Shown: one piece after another, positions 24,001 to 32,000 of the stretch
Numbering within the stretch: position 1 is the first letter of the stretch
Layout of the letters: every line of letters begins with the position of its first letter
DNA from: Candidatus Saccharimonadota bacterium
GTDB lineage: Bacteria > Patescibacteriota > Saccharimonadia > Saccharimonadales > UBA4665
DNA length: 32,000 nt
Direction of reading: 5' to 3'
Assembly: GCA_003516025.1 (NCBI GenBank)
Contig: CP023991.1
Coordinates: 931,374 to 963,373 of the forward strand
Program-made: the position numbers and the translations under genes
The notes under the pieces: model-generated
Databases searched by the model: none
Seen by the model: the letters and a program-made list of their open reading frames with translations, nothing else
Told to the model about the DNA's origin: nothing

Positions 24001-24029
24001 ATTATATCAAAACGTAAGCTTTTTGTCAA
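24001..24029 (-). promoter_or_regulatory. Perfect consensus sigma70 promoter TTGACA-N17-TATAAT
   Basis: The minus strand reads TTGACA (24024-24029, overlapping the upstream TGA stop codon), exactly 17 nt, then TATAAT (24001-24006). The ATG (23994) begins 7 nt after the -10 box, at the expected transcription start. Confidence 0.65.
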
Positions 24030-24856
24030 TGTCGTGGCATGCCTGAATGACCGCTCGCCGGATGCTCTTTTGGCAGTACGGCCGTCGAGGCGTAGGCGTC
24101 ATATCCGCCATAACTTCCCTCAGGCCTGAAAGCCGCATGAGCTGGCGACAACGATGAGAAGCGTGGCAGTACGAGCTTCCAGGTAGTAATAACTACAATC
24201 ATGAGCATAAGAATAACGGCCATAATATTACTGCTGTACTGGACCATAACGTAAGACAAGGTGACCGGCTCGGTGACCGCTGGCGTACCTGCCGCGCCTA
24301 CCGTATTAACGGTACTGCTGGAGGTCAGGGCGCCAATGGTATAGCTACCGGTGCCGAACCACTGGGTAATATTCTGTCCGTTACTTTTCTGGAACGACTT
24401 ATCGGCTTCAAAGCTTAGGTTCGTGGCAGCAGACGACGCCAATACTTTAAATGTCAGGCTGGCCACCACATGGTCGCCGCTGAGCGGCTTGCCGGCGGCG
24501 GCACCACGCGAGACACGAATAGTACCGGCATTTTCAGTACTGGTCTGCAGGCTGGCGGGAAAATCACCCTCCGACAGACTAACGTACTGCAGCTGGCTGG
24601 CGTCGTAACGTAACGAGAACTGCACCGCTTCAACTGCTTCAACGCCGCTGTTTTCACGAACATGTACTATAACGTTGCTGCCCGGGTTAAAATTTCCGGA
24701 TGCTGGATTAAGATATATATTGCCACCCGTCGCCGCATAACCAGGATGGTAAAAACGTACGCCCAGGTAGCTTACTGCTGCCATGAACACCACGGCCAGT
24801 GCTATGGATGTAAACCTGCGGAAATTCCTTTGGGCTGAAATAGACTTTGCCATCAC
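24026..24856 (-). CDS. Cohesin-like domain protein with N-terminal and near-C-terminal transmembrane helices
   Basis: 276 aa, starting at GTG 24856 or ATG 24853. Layout is a transmembrane helix (FTSIALAVVFMAAVSYLGV), a cohesin-like module (IYLNPASGNFNPGSNVIVHVRENSG...VQFSLRYDASQLQYVSL...ASLTFKVLAS), a second transmembrane helix (IMAVILMLMIVVITTW) and a tail of about 50 aa. Confidence 0.7.
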   Translation of the reverse strand: MMAKSISAQRNFRRFTSIALAVVFMAAVSYLGVRFYHPGYAATGGNIYLNPASGNFNPGSNVIVHVRENSGVEAVEAVQFSLRYDASQLQYVSLSEGDFPASLQTSTENAGTIRVSRGAAAGKPLSGDHVVASLTFKVLASSAATNLSFEADKSFQKSNGQNITQWFGTGSYTIGALTSSSTVNTVGAAGTPAVTEPVTLSYVMVQYSSNIMAVILMLMIVVITTWKLVLPRFSSLSPAHAAFRPEGSYGGYDAYASTAVLPKEHPASGHSGMPRH

Positions 24857-24902
24857 ATGTGTCCAATCGTTGACCTATTAGGCTTATGGTAGCACATTAA
24901 CG

Positions 24903-27293
24903 TCAAGGGTTGAACCGCGACCGCCGCTTGCGCCAGCGCAAGAACACTAATACGACCGCCGCGAGAAACAGCACTCCAGCCGCCAGTACGGTGATACCCG
25001 CCTGCCACCAGTGAGCGATGAGCCACAAATAGGACTGCCGCAGGCTGGCTGGGTTGGTAGTGGTAATTGTCTTGCTAAGGGACTGCCGTGTTCCATTAAT
25101 GAAATACACTTTTGCTTCCAGCTTGTGGCCACCATTCAGTAGCGTAGTGGTCAGCATACGCTGGCTGTATGGCGCCATCGCTGTCGTCGCCAGCAAAGTG
25201 CCGTCAGCGTAGTATTCAACCCGGCTGATGCCGTCTGACTGGAGGACCGCGGGCGCGATCATGACTTCCCCGCTCAAACGGTCAGTTTTAGCGGCCTTTT
25301 CCGGCCCATACGGAGCTATGGTAAGTTCTTGTGCCTTAACCTTGTACGAGGCCACGGTGACTGGCGTAATTACGACAGGCTTAAGAGTGGCCGATGCCTG
25401 CGCGGTAGCAATAGCGGATGGCGGACTCTCATTGCCCGCGGCATCAACTGCTGTAATTGAATAGGCATGGCTGGTTTTTGCGGCTACTGAAGTGTCCGTA
25501 AAACCGGTGGCGCCGGCAACCATAAATGTCGGGGAGACGGCGTTGTCGCGGTAGATATTATAGCCGGTAATTTTGCTGCCGCCAGGTACGGGCAAGTCTG
25601 CTGACTGTTGCCATGATAAACGTATGGCACCCGGCGTGGTGGAGGCGACCAGCCCCGCTGGAGTACGCGGCGCCATATTATCGGCGCGTGCGTGAGCTAC
25701 CGCCACAGGACTGACGTCTGAAACCCTGCCCGCGGCATCAAAAGTCTGGACACTATAGCGGTACGTAGTGCCGGGAATCAACCCGGCGTCTTCGTACAAA
25801 TACCCGGAAATAACATCGGCAATTACCACGCCGTCCCGCAAAATATGATAGCCACGGTGTGGACAACTCCCGGCGTCGGCAGTAGTGGAGGCCCAGCTTA
25901 GTTCCATTGACGTGTATGTACCGTAAAAAGGACTGGGGGCCGGTGGAGAGTCCAGCTGTGAGCTGCAGTTGGCTCGAGGAGCGGAGATAGTATATCGGGC
26001 CTCGCCTCCATTAGATGCGGTGACCATAGCCGTACCAGCACTGGCGATTGCCTTAAACTGCAGGCGGGCAAGTATGCCTGCCGAATAGGTTTCAGGAATT
26101 TTTGTCGCAAGATTACGAGTAAGGGTTACCATCCCTGTCCGCGAATCGACGGCGATCGGAGCTGCCAACGCTCCGGCGTCCAAACTGCCGGCATACTGCA
26201 ACATATCAGTCGGATACCTGACACTGATGACAGACGGCGATGTAGATGTCGCCGTGTCGCGAACTACCATAGTAACAGTCGAGCCAGTCGTATATTCTCC
26301 CTTAAAGGGCTGCAGGCTGAACTTATCCTGCGGATTCGGAATTACTGTCTCACCACGGGAAGTCGTAACTGTCGCGGCGCCTGTGGTGGTAAGAATATCG
26401 CGGTTACCGGAAACACTCTTCAGCTTTGTGTCCTGCCCGTTAACAGTAACAAGGGCTGGAGCACTATCTGTCAGCGAGGTAAATGTTAGCGTCGCCACCT
26501 GTTGCCGGCCACCCACCCCGCCGGAACCAAGCGGTAAAGCGCGGACTAAACGAACTTTTCCAGGACGAGCCGTATCGGTAATTGATTTAAGTGTGAAGAC
26601 AGAACCGTCCGAGATAGCGGAAAGACGCAGTCGACCGGGATCATAATCAATAACTGACTCGACCGATGACACGGGTTGGGTGCCACTGTCTTCGGTGACT
26701 AAAAGACTGAAACTGCCACCCTTCCGGGTGGTTATATTGGCCGGCTCCAGCAGTACGTTCCCCCTGTCAGCAGCACCATTAACAGTAACCACAGCACCGG
26801 TTAGTTTAGTAGCATCATTCCAATAATTGGAATGATTATTATACACAACACTATTACCACCAAGACTGACTGCCAGCTTGCCCTTAGTGGCCAACACCTT
26901 GAAGCGCAGGCCAACCACACTGTTGTCGCCCGTTACTTGGCGATCAGCGCCTGTCGACCGCCGCACCAGCACCTGGCCCGGAGTCACCGTTTCTGGCGCA
27001 GTTACGTCAGGGAACGCGTCACTATCCCGAAAACCAATAAATTGCAGCTGGGTCGTGTCGTAACCGACAGCCGTCCAGACTTCTGAGACCGGTTCCCTGT
27101 TTTCCTCGTGAACACTAAAGACTACTTCCGAATTGGGCACTAACGTACCAATCGCCGGAGTGATATACAGCCTTCCACCGTAAGAACCACGCATGAAAAG
27201 TAATAAACCGGCAACGGCCATCATAAGTAATGCCGCTATTCCCGCGACGAGCAGCAGCTTCAATAACCGTATATGCCCTTTAACCCACTCCAT
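24903..27293 (-). CDS. Large surface protein: 3 cohesin-like modules, 2 FN3 domains, an Ig-like domain and a C-terminal transmembrane anchor
   Basis: 796 aa with an N-terminal transmembrane helix. The three modules are paralogous to the 24026 gene (LYITPAIG...LRFKVLATKG; VLLEPANI...LTFTSL; FSLQPFKG...LQFKAIASAG). Two FN3 patterns are present (LSWAS...GYHILRDG...GTTYRYSVQTFDAAGRVS; LSWQQS...GYNIYRDN...HAYSITAVDAAGNES). The C-terminus has a transmembrane helix followed by RWRKRRSR. Confidence 0.8.
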   Translation of the reverse strand: MEWVKGHIRLLKLLLVAGIAALLMMAVAGLLLFMRGSYGGRLYITPAIGTLVPNSEVVFSVHEENREPVSEVWTAVGYDTTQLQFIGFRDSDAFPDVTAPETVTPGQVLVRRSTGADRQVTGDNSVVGLRFKVLATKGKLAVSLGGNSVVYNNHSNYWNDATKLTGAVVTVNGAADRGNVLLEPANITTRKGGSFSLLVTEDSGTQPVSSVESVIDYDPGRLRLSAISDGSVFTLKSITDTARPGKVRLVRALPLGSGGVGGRQQVATLTFTSLTDSAPALVTVNGQDTKLKSVSGNRDILTTTGAATVTTSRGETVIPNPQDKFSLQPFKGEYTTGSTVTMVVRDTATSTSPSVISVRYPTDMLQYAGSLDAGALAAPIAVDSRTGMVTLTRNLATKIPETYSAGILARLQFKAIASAGTAMVTASNGGEARYTISAPRANCSSQLDSPPAPSPFYGTYTSMELSWASTTADAGSCPHRGYHILRDGVVIADVISGYLYEDAGLIPGTTYRYSVQTFDAAGRVSDVSPVAVAHARADNMAPRTPAGLVASTTPGAIRLSWQQSADLPVPGGSKITGYNIYRDNAVSPTFMVAGATGFTDTSVAAKTSHAYSITAVDAAGNESPPSAIATAQASATLKPVVITPVTVASYKVKAQELTIAPYGPEKAAKTDRLSGEVMIAPAVLQSDGISRVEYYADGTLLATTAMAPYSQRMLTTTLLNGGHKLEAKVYFINGTRQSLSKTITTTNPASLRQSYLWLIAHWWQAGITVLAAGVLFLAAVVLVFLRWRKRRSRFNP

Positions 27294-27333
27294 TATAACT
27301 ACGCCCGCCTTGTTATTATTTCCTCTATATTAC

Positions 27334-27361
27334 ATTATGGTTACGCTTGTTATAAAAGCAA
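27334..27361 (-). promoter_or_regulatory. Candidate promoter of the cohesin-like gene pair
   Basis: The minus strand reads TTGCTT (27356-27361), 16 nt, then CATAAT (27334-27339). It lies immediately downstream of the rnj terminator. Confidence 0.4.
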
Positions 27362-27365
27362 GAAT

Positions 27366-27403
27366 AAAAAAATCCCGCTCTCCGGGGAGAAGCAGGATTT
27401 TTT
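27366..27403. terminator. Intrinsic terminator after rnj (bidirectional A7/T6 flanks)
   Basis: A7-TCCCGCTCTCC-GGGGAGAAGCAGGA-T6. About 10 bp pair, with one mismatch and one bulge. It starts 15 nt after the rnj stop codon. Confidence 0.55.
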
Positions 27404-27417
27404 GGACCGTAAAGAAT

Positions 27418-29547
27418 TTAGTCCGTGCGGGCGTCCTGCGAAAGCAGGCGGGCGCGCATCTCTTCGAAGCGCTTTTGTTGCTCGGCGGCGATTTCTTCGG
27501 CGGTCTTAGTGCGGCCGCCGGCAGCCGTTTTGGCGTCAGCCGGCTTGTCGGATGTTTTACCGCCGCCAATCACATTTACCACAGGGATAATGATCGGGCT
27601 ACGCTGGGTTGACTCATACAGGTAATGAGTCACGTGGTCTTTGATTTCTGCCTTAAAACGGTCGAGTTCAACGCGCTTGAACCGCTGGCCAACGGCCCGC
27701 TTCAGTTCAACGCGCAGACCATTCATGATCTCTTCGTTATCACGCATATATATGAAACCGCGGCTGATAATATCCGGGCTGGTCAGTAAGTTGCCGGTTT
27801 TCTTATCAACGGTCAGGATTATGGCCACCAAGCCTTCCTCACTCAGCAGCAAGCGGTCCTTAACGACTACGTTACTGACGATGGCGCCAGTTTGGTCGAC
27901 CAGAATGGTACCATGAGGCACTTCCCCTTCCACTTCCATCTTGTCCGGCGTGAGGGCAATTACCTCACCATTGCCGGCATTTACAGTATTAGCGCGTGGA
28001 ATGCCCTGCTCAATTGCCAGTTCAATGTGGCGCTGCTTTACGCGATAGGCACCATAGATAGGAATGAAGAACTTTGGCTTGGTCATGTTAATCATGTCAG
28101 CGTACTCGTCGCGTGAGGCATGGCCGGAAACGTGGAGCGGTCCGATGCCGTCGAGGTCGTGGTTACGAGCTTCAAAGACGTGAACACCCTTTTTAACCAG
28201 ACCGTCAACCATTTGTCCAACCAGAGCGTCGTTACCACTTTCAGGAATCGGGGTACTGGAAAGCACGACCGTGTCCTGCTCTTTCAACTTAATGTGGCGG
28301 TGTTCGCCGCTGGCCATACGCTGCAAGGCCGAACTTGGCTCGCCCTGAGAACCAGTACAAACCACGACCACTTCCTGGTCCTTCATGTTTGGAACGCTGG
28401 CAATCGGTACGAAAGTTCCCTTTGGTACTTTCATAAAACCGTGGCGGATAGCCATTTCCAGCGTACTAACCATAGAACGTCCGTCCATGGCCACCTTCTT
28501 ATTGTGGTGCACGGCGGCATTAATAAGCATTTGCACGCGGTTCATGTTGGTAGAGAATAAGCCAATCATGATACGGCCAGGCGCCTGCTCCATGATGTCG
28601 ATAAAGCTTTGCTCGATAGTAGACTCACTTGGTGTACGTCCGGCGCGTTCGACAGTAGTACTTTCAGACAACAGGGCCAACACGCCTTCGTTGCCAAGCT
28701 CCGTTAAACGCTCATAGTCACTGCGCTCGTGGTCGAGTGGGTTGGGGTCGAAGCGGAAGTCACCGGTGTTGATAATGCGGCCGACTGGCGTATCAAGCAC
28801 GATACAGGTTGAACCTGGAATAGAGTGTGTAATACGAACCAGTTCCACGAAGAATTCACCGACTTTCAGGCGCTCGTGCGTATCTTCGTTCATCGTAACG
28901 GTACGCAGTTCAAAGCCTTCGGGCATTGGCAAGCCGAAGTTTTCGAAGATTTCTTCGACACGCCCAATGGTAAATTTAGAACCGTAAATTGGTGCCGGGA
29001 ACTTCGGTACGATGTGCGGGAGCCCGCCGATATGGTCAAGGTGGCCATGGGTGATGACGTAAGCGCGAAGTTTATGCTTAATCGTTTCCATGTAAGCGGT
29101 GTCGGCAATACCGTAGTTGATACCTGGCAAGTCGACACCAAGATCGTTACCGCAGTCCATGATGACCGCGTCGTTCGTATACTCGACCAGGATCATGTTT
29201 TTAGAGCCACCACCGTCCATACCACCGAGGCCGATAACCTTTAGGCGCGGGCGGTCATCTATAACGTTAGCCCGGCGCGGTTGGTCTGACACCTGGGCCG
29301 GCGTGTACTGGTTAGCAATTTTTTGGGCATCCATCTGGATGCGCTTTTGAGCGCGGACAGCAGCGCCACGGGATGACCCGCTGCCGCTACGGCCACCATT
29401 ACCGCCGGTCTGTTTTTGCTGACCGGCTGGTTTTTGAGCATTACCACCATTACCCGGTTTGCGGCCACGGCCGTTTCCGGCGGCTACCGGGTTCCTCGGT
29501 GGGCGGCTTTGCTTCTTTTGTTCGCTGTTTTTCTCGTCTGGATTCAT
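27418..29547 (-). CDS. rnj: Ribonuclease J with an Arg/Gly/Gln-rich N-terminal extension
   Basis: Has the metallo-beta-lactamase motif ITHGHLDHIGG, a beta-CASP region and LHVSGHASRDEYADMINMTKPKFFIPIYGAYR. AAGGAG SD. The first ~100 aa are low complexity. Confidence 0.9.
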   Translation of the reverse strand: MNPDEKNSEQKKQSRPPRNPVAAGNGRGRKPGNGGNAQKPAGQQKQTGGNGGRSGSGSSRGAAVRAQKRIQMDAQKIANQYTPAQVSDQPRRANVIDDRPRLKVIGLGGMDGGGSKNMILVEYTNDAVIMDCGNDLGVDLPGINYGIADTAYMETIKHKLRAYVITHGHLDHIGGLPHIVPKFPAPIYGSKFTIGRVEEIFENFGLPMPEGFELRTVTMNEDTHERLKVGEFFVELVRITHSIPGSTCIVLDTPVGRIINTGDFRFDPNPLDHERSDYERLTELGNEGVLALLSESTTVERAGRTPSESTIEQSFIDIMEQAPGRIMIGLFSTNMNRVQMLINAAVHHNKKVAMDGRSMVSTLEMAIRHGFMKVPKGTFVPIASVPNMKDQEVVVVCTGSQGEPSSALQRMASGEHRHIKLKEQDTVVLSSTPIPESGNDALVGQMVDGLVKKGVHVFEARNHDLDGIGPLHVSGHASRDEYADMINMTKPKFFIPIYGAYRVKQRHIELAIEQGIPRANTVNAGNGEVIALTPDKMEVEGEVPHGTILVDQTGAIVSNVVVKDRLLLSEEGLVAIILTVDKKTGNLLTSPDIISRGFIYMRDNEEIMNGLRVELKRAVGQRFKRVELDRFKAEIKDHVTHYLYESTQRSPIIIPVVNVIGGGKTSDKPADAKTAAGGRTKTAEEIAAEQQKRFEEMRARLLSQDARTD

Positions 29548-29578
29548 AATTTCTCCTTTTGTCTGAAATCAATCTGAC

Positions 29579-30199
29579 TTATTTTGCTGTAATTTTCTTG
29601 ATAATAGCTGGAATCTGCAGAAAGTCGTCAAGCAGTGTCTGCCTGAGGCCTCCGTTATAAAGCGCGGCGGCTGGATGGAATAGCGGTAATATAACAACTT
29701 CCAGCACCTGGGGTCCGGATTTTGGATCGTCACGGAAAGCCAACTTTACACGTTTTGGATTTCCATGATCTTTACTGATTTGCAGATCCGGCAGGAAGGA
29801 ATTCGTACTATGGCGCCCAAGCGTAATCAATACTTTGGGCTGAATTACTTCCAGCTGGGCCTGTAAATACGGCAGAAACGCCTTTTTCTCCGCGGGCAGC
29901 GGGTCACGGTTGTTCGGTGGCCTATATTTTACTATATTCGTAATATATATGTCGTTGCGATCCAGTTGTACACTGGCCAGCATCTCATCGAGAAACTTAC
30001 CGGCCGCACCAACAAACGGCTCACCTTTCAGATCCTCGTTCTTACCGGGCGCTTCACCGACAAACACGATGTCAGCATCCGGATTACCGCTACCGAATAC
30101 CAGCTGCGTGGCAGTTTCAGCCAGTTCCGGCGTGACCTGGTTGTCCAGGATCTGCTGCCGGATTTCATCGAGTTTCTGTTGCTTATTCACGCTTACCAA
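29579..30199 (-). CDS. Family 4 uracil-DNA glycosylase
   Basis: [27 protein letters not shown] and C-terminal [10 protein letters not shown]. The start codon is uncertain (TTG 30199 or GTG 30190). Confidence 0.85.
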   Translation of the reverse strand: MVSVNKQQKLDEIRQQILDNQVTPELAETATQLVFGSGNPDADIVFVGEAPGKNEDLKGEPFVGAAGKFLDEMLASVQLDRNDIYITNIVKYRPPNNRDPLPAEKKAFLPYLQAQLEVIQPKVLITLGRHSTNSFLPDLQISKDHGNPKRVKLAFRDDPKSGPQVLEVVILPLFHPAAALYNGGLRQTLLDDFLQIPAIIKKITAK

Positions 30200-30392
30200 C
30201 CTTTTTAAACAGTTTCACGATTTGGCCAACAGTAAGCGCCAGAAATACAATCGTCAGGAAGTAAGTAATAAGGCTACCCGTATCAATCGCGATCGAAGCA
30301 AATAGATAGGTGATAAAAGCATCCATGGCAATAATAATCGCCAGTCCGCCCTTAGTATCCTGCCACGAAAGCGATTTTTTCAAATCAGCCAC
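30183..30392 (-). CDS. 69-aa two-transmembrane-helix membrane protein, unknown function
   Basis: GTG start. Has two hydrophobic segments and a basic C-terminus. Its 3' end overlaps the udg start by 17 nt. Confidence 0.45.
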   Translation of the reverse strand: MADLKKSLSWQDTKGGLAIIIAMDAFITYLFASIAIDTGSLITYFLTIVFLALTVGQIVKLFKKVGKRE

Positions 30393-30397
30393 CTATC

Positions 30398-30619
30398 TTA
30401 ACCTTTCGCCTCTTCACGTTTAGCAAGCGTTCCATAGACGCCGCCTATTATCATGATGACTACGCCGATACTAATTTGTATCCATGCCGTACGGGAGATG
30501 CCCACAATTGAGACACCCCCCAGAAACGTAGCCAAGCCAAAGCCGTATAAAAAGTTGGCAAGCTTTTCATATTTGCGCACCATTGAAGCCATTACGGATT
30601 TATTTGCCTTCCAGTTCAC
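30398..30619 (-). CDS. Small (64-73 aa) two-transmembrane-helix membrane protein, unknown function
   Basis: Starts at GTG 30619 (which would overlap the pnp 3' end by 20 nt) or ATG 30592. Has two hydrophobic segments. Confidence 0.45.
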   Translation of the reverse strand: MNWKANKSVMASMVRKYEKLANFLYGFGLATFLGGVSIVGISRTAWIQISIGVVIMIIGGVYGTLAKREEAKG

Positions 30620-32000
30620 GCACAGCGGCTTTCATGGAAAGCTGCAGGCGGCCACGGTCATCAATAGCAACCAGTTTGACCGTCACTTTATCGCCTTCTT
30701 TTACGACGTCGCTCGGTTTGTTGACACGCTCTTCACTCATTTCGGAGACATGTACCAGGCCGTCTTTGCCTGGCATGATCTGTACGAAGGCACCGAAATC
30801 CAAAACGGACACTACCGGTACGTTTTCGTAGATCTTACCGACTTCGGGTTCGGCCACGATGCTTTCAATCCACTGGATAGCCGCCTTGATGCTGGCCCCG
30901 TCCGGGCTGGCGATCAGAACCGTACCATCATCGTGAATATCGATTTCAGCGCCGGTCTCAGCGGTGATCTTCTGTATCACTTCCCCGCCCTTACCGATCA
31001 CTTCGCGGATCTTGTCTGGATTGATGGTGATAGTTTCAACGCGAGGCGCGTACGGGCTGAGCTCCTTGTTCGGCTCGGCGATAGTGGTTAGCATGTGCTC
31101 CAGGATCTCGGCACGGCCTTCGCGGCCCTGCTCAAGCGCCTTAGCGAGCACTTCAACTGGTAAACCATGGACTTTCATATCCATCTGCAGCGCGGTGATA
31201 CCCTTGCTGGTTCCGGCGGTCTTGAAGTCCATATCGCCGGCAAAGTCTTCAGCGTCGGCGATATCGCTCATGATGTACGGCGTGTCACCATCGATCATCA
31301 GGCCCATCGCGATACCGGAAACCGGTGCCTTCAAAGGAACACCGGCGTCCATCAGGCTGAGCGTACTGGAACAAGTAGCCGCCATTGAGGTTGAACCGTT
31401 CTGGCTCATGATTTCAGTCACTGTGCGGATAGCATACGGAAAATCGTTCTCAGATGGTAGTACGGCGCTGAGGGCGCGTTCGGCCAGGTAACCGTGGCCA
31501 ATTTCGCGGCGGCCCGGCGAACCTAAGCGGCGGACTTCGCCAACGGTCCAACCCGGCGCGTTGTAATGGTGCATGTAGCGGCGCTCGGTATTGCGCTCCA
31601 TGGTGTCGACCAGCTGCGAATAACTCAACGGCGCCAAAGTGGTGATGTTCATAGCTTGGGTCACACCTCGGGTGAACAAGCTGGAACCATGGGCACGTGG
31701 CAGGAAACCGACTTCTGAGCTCAACGGACGGATTTCCGTCAGTTTGCGGCCGTCAGGACGGGTTTGGTGCTCCACAATTCCCTTACGGACATCTTTGTGG
31801 ACAGCCATCGTAAATGCTTCGTCGTACTCGTGCTTCACCGCGTCCCATTCGTCGCCAAGCTCTTCTTCGAAATGCGCCATGGTTTCTTTGCGTAACGTAG
31901 CGACCAGGTCATTGCGCTCCGGGTATGGCTTACGCAGGTTCTCGCCAAGCTCTTTTTCAAGATATTCGGCTACAGTCTGCTGGATGCCCTCGTCGGGCAG
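30600..32000 (-). CDS. pnp: Polynucleotide phosphorylase, C-terminal ~465 aa (5' end beyond the right edge)
   Basis: The frame stays open upstream of the listed ATG through to position 32000. It contains the second RNase PH domain (GHGYLAERAL), KH (IGKGGEVIQKITAETGAEIDI) and S1 (GKIYENVPVVSVLDFGAFVQIMPGKDGLVHVSEMS). Confidence 0.93.
   Translation of the reverse strand: MPDEGIQQTVAEYLEKELGENLRKPYPERNDLVATLRKETMAHFEEELGDEWDAVKHEYDEAFTMAVHKDVRKGIVEHQTRPDGRKLTEIRPLSSEVGFLPRAHGSSLFTRGVTQAMNITTLAPLSYSQLVDTMERNTERRYMHHYNAPGWTVGEVRRLGSPGRREIGHGYLAERALSAVLPSENDFPYAIRTVTEIMSQNGSTSMAATCSSTLSLMDAGVPLKAPVSGIAMGLMIDGDTPYIMSDIADAEDFAGDMDFKTAGTSKGITALQMDMKVHGLPVEVLAKALEQGREGRAEILEHMLTTIAEPNKELSPYAPRVETITINPDKIREVIGKGGEVIQKITAETGAEIDIHDDGTVLIASPDGASIKAAIQWIESIVAEPEVGKIYENVPVVSVLDFGAFVQIMPGKDGLVHVSEMSEERVNKPSDVVKEGDKVTVKLVAIDDRGRLQLSMKAAVRELEGK

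Noticed and set aside
1-32000. CRISPR arrays, tRNA/rRNA genes, transposases/integrases, prophage or toxin-antitoxin/defence modules
   Set aside because: Visual scanning found no spaced direct repeats, no tRNA T-arm or acceptor signatures in any intergenic gap, and no recombinase, nuclease-NTPase or defence-type motifs in any ORF. The only significant repeat is the pilin 5' block.

Overview
This is a compact bacterial chromosome segment of about 33 CDS, with all but two on the minus strand and roughly 50% GC by eye. I found no rRNA, tRNA, CRISPR array, transposase or integrase.

Layout:
- 1-10478: a complete type IV pilus (T4P) operon with no secretin. Transcription order is membrane-anchored TPR protein, 727-aa secreted protein, pilM, pilN, pilO, 82-aa bitopic protein, pilB, pilT, pilC, then two tandem pilin genes. 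The second pilin runs off the left edge.
- 10479-19141: mostly housekeeping. It holds ychF, a PH-domain protein, a Crp/Fnr regulator, a COG1926-like phosphoribosyltransferase, tlyA, a 2H phosphoesterase, efp, two small unknown proteins, rpsF-ssb-rpsR and an RNB-domain-only exoribonuclease.
- 19142-27417: a surface/adhesion neighbourhood. It holds an LAxTG-anchored L-type-lectin protein, ftsK, a 104-aa unknown protein, and two paralogous cohesin-like proteins (the larger with 3 cohesin-like modules and 2 FN3) anchored by a transmembrane helix at both ends.
- 27418-32000: rnj, a family-4 uracil-DNA glycosylase, two tiny membrane proteins and pnp (partial at the right edge).

The gene content (secretin-less T4P, a sortase substrate, RNase J, cohesin-like surface proteins, tight gene packing) suggests a monoderm-like, reduced genome such as Patescibacteria/Saccharibacteria. 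That is inference, not a database result.

Most interesting items:
1. Two uncharacterised genes head the T4P operon.
2. The tandem pilins share a 142-bp perfectly identical 5' block.
3. The cohesin-like double-anchored pair has no obvious dockerin partner and sits near a lectin adhesin.
4. Several first-in-operon genes have a -10 box 6-11 nt from an SD-less start codon, implying leaderless or near-leaderless mRNAs. One has a perfect TTGACA-17-TATAAT promoter.
5. A promoter-to-terminator unit of about 165 nt lies directly upstream of the minimal RNB nuclease.
6. An SD-led 23-codon ORF is separated from ychF by a single in-frame TAG.

All functional calls rest on motif recognition by eye. No searches were run.
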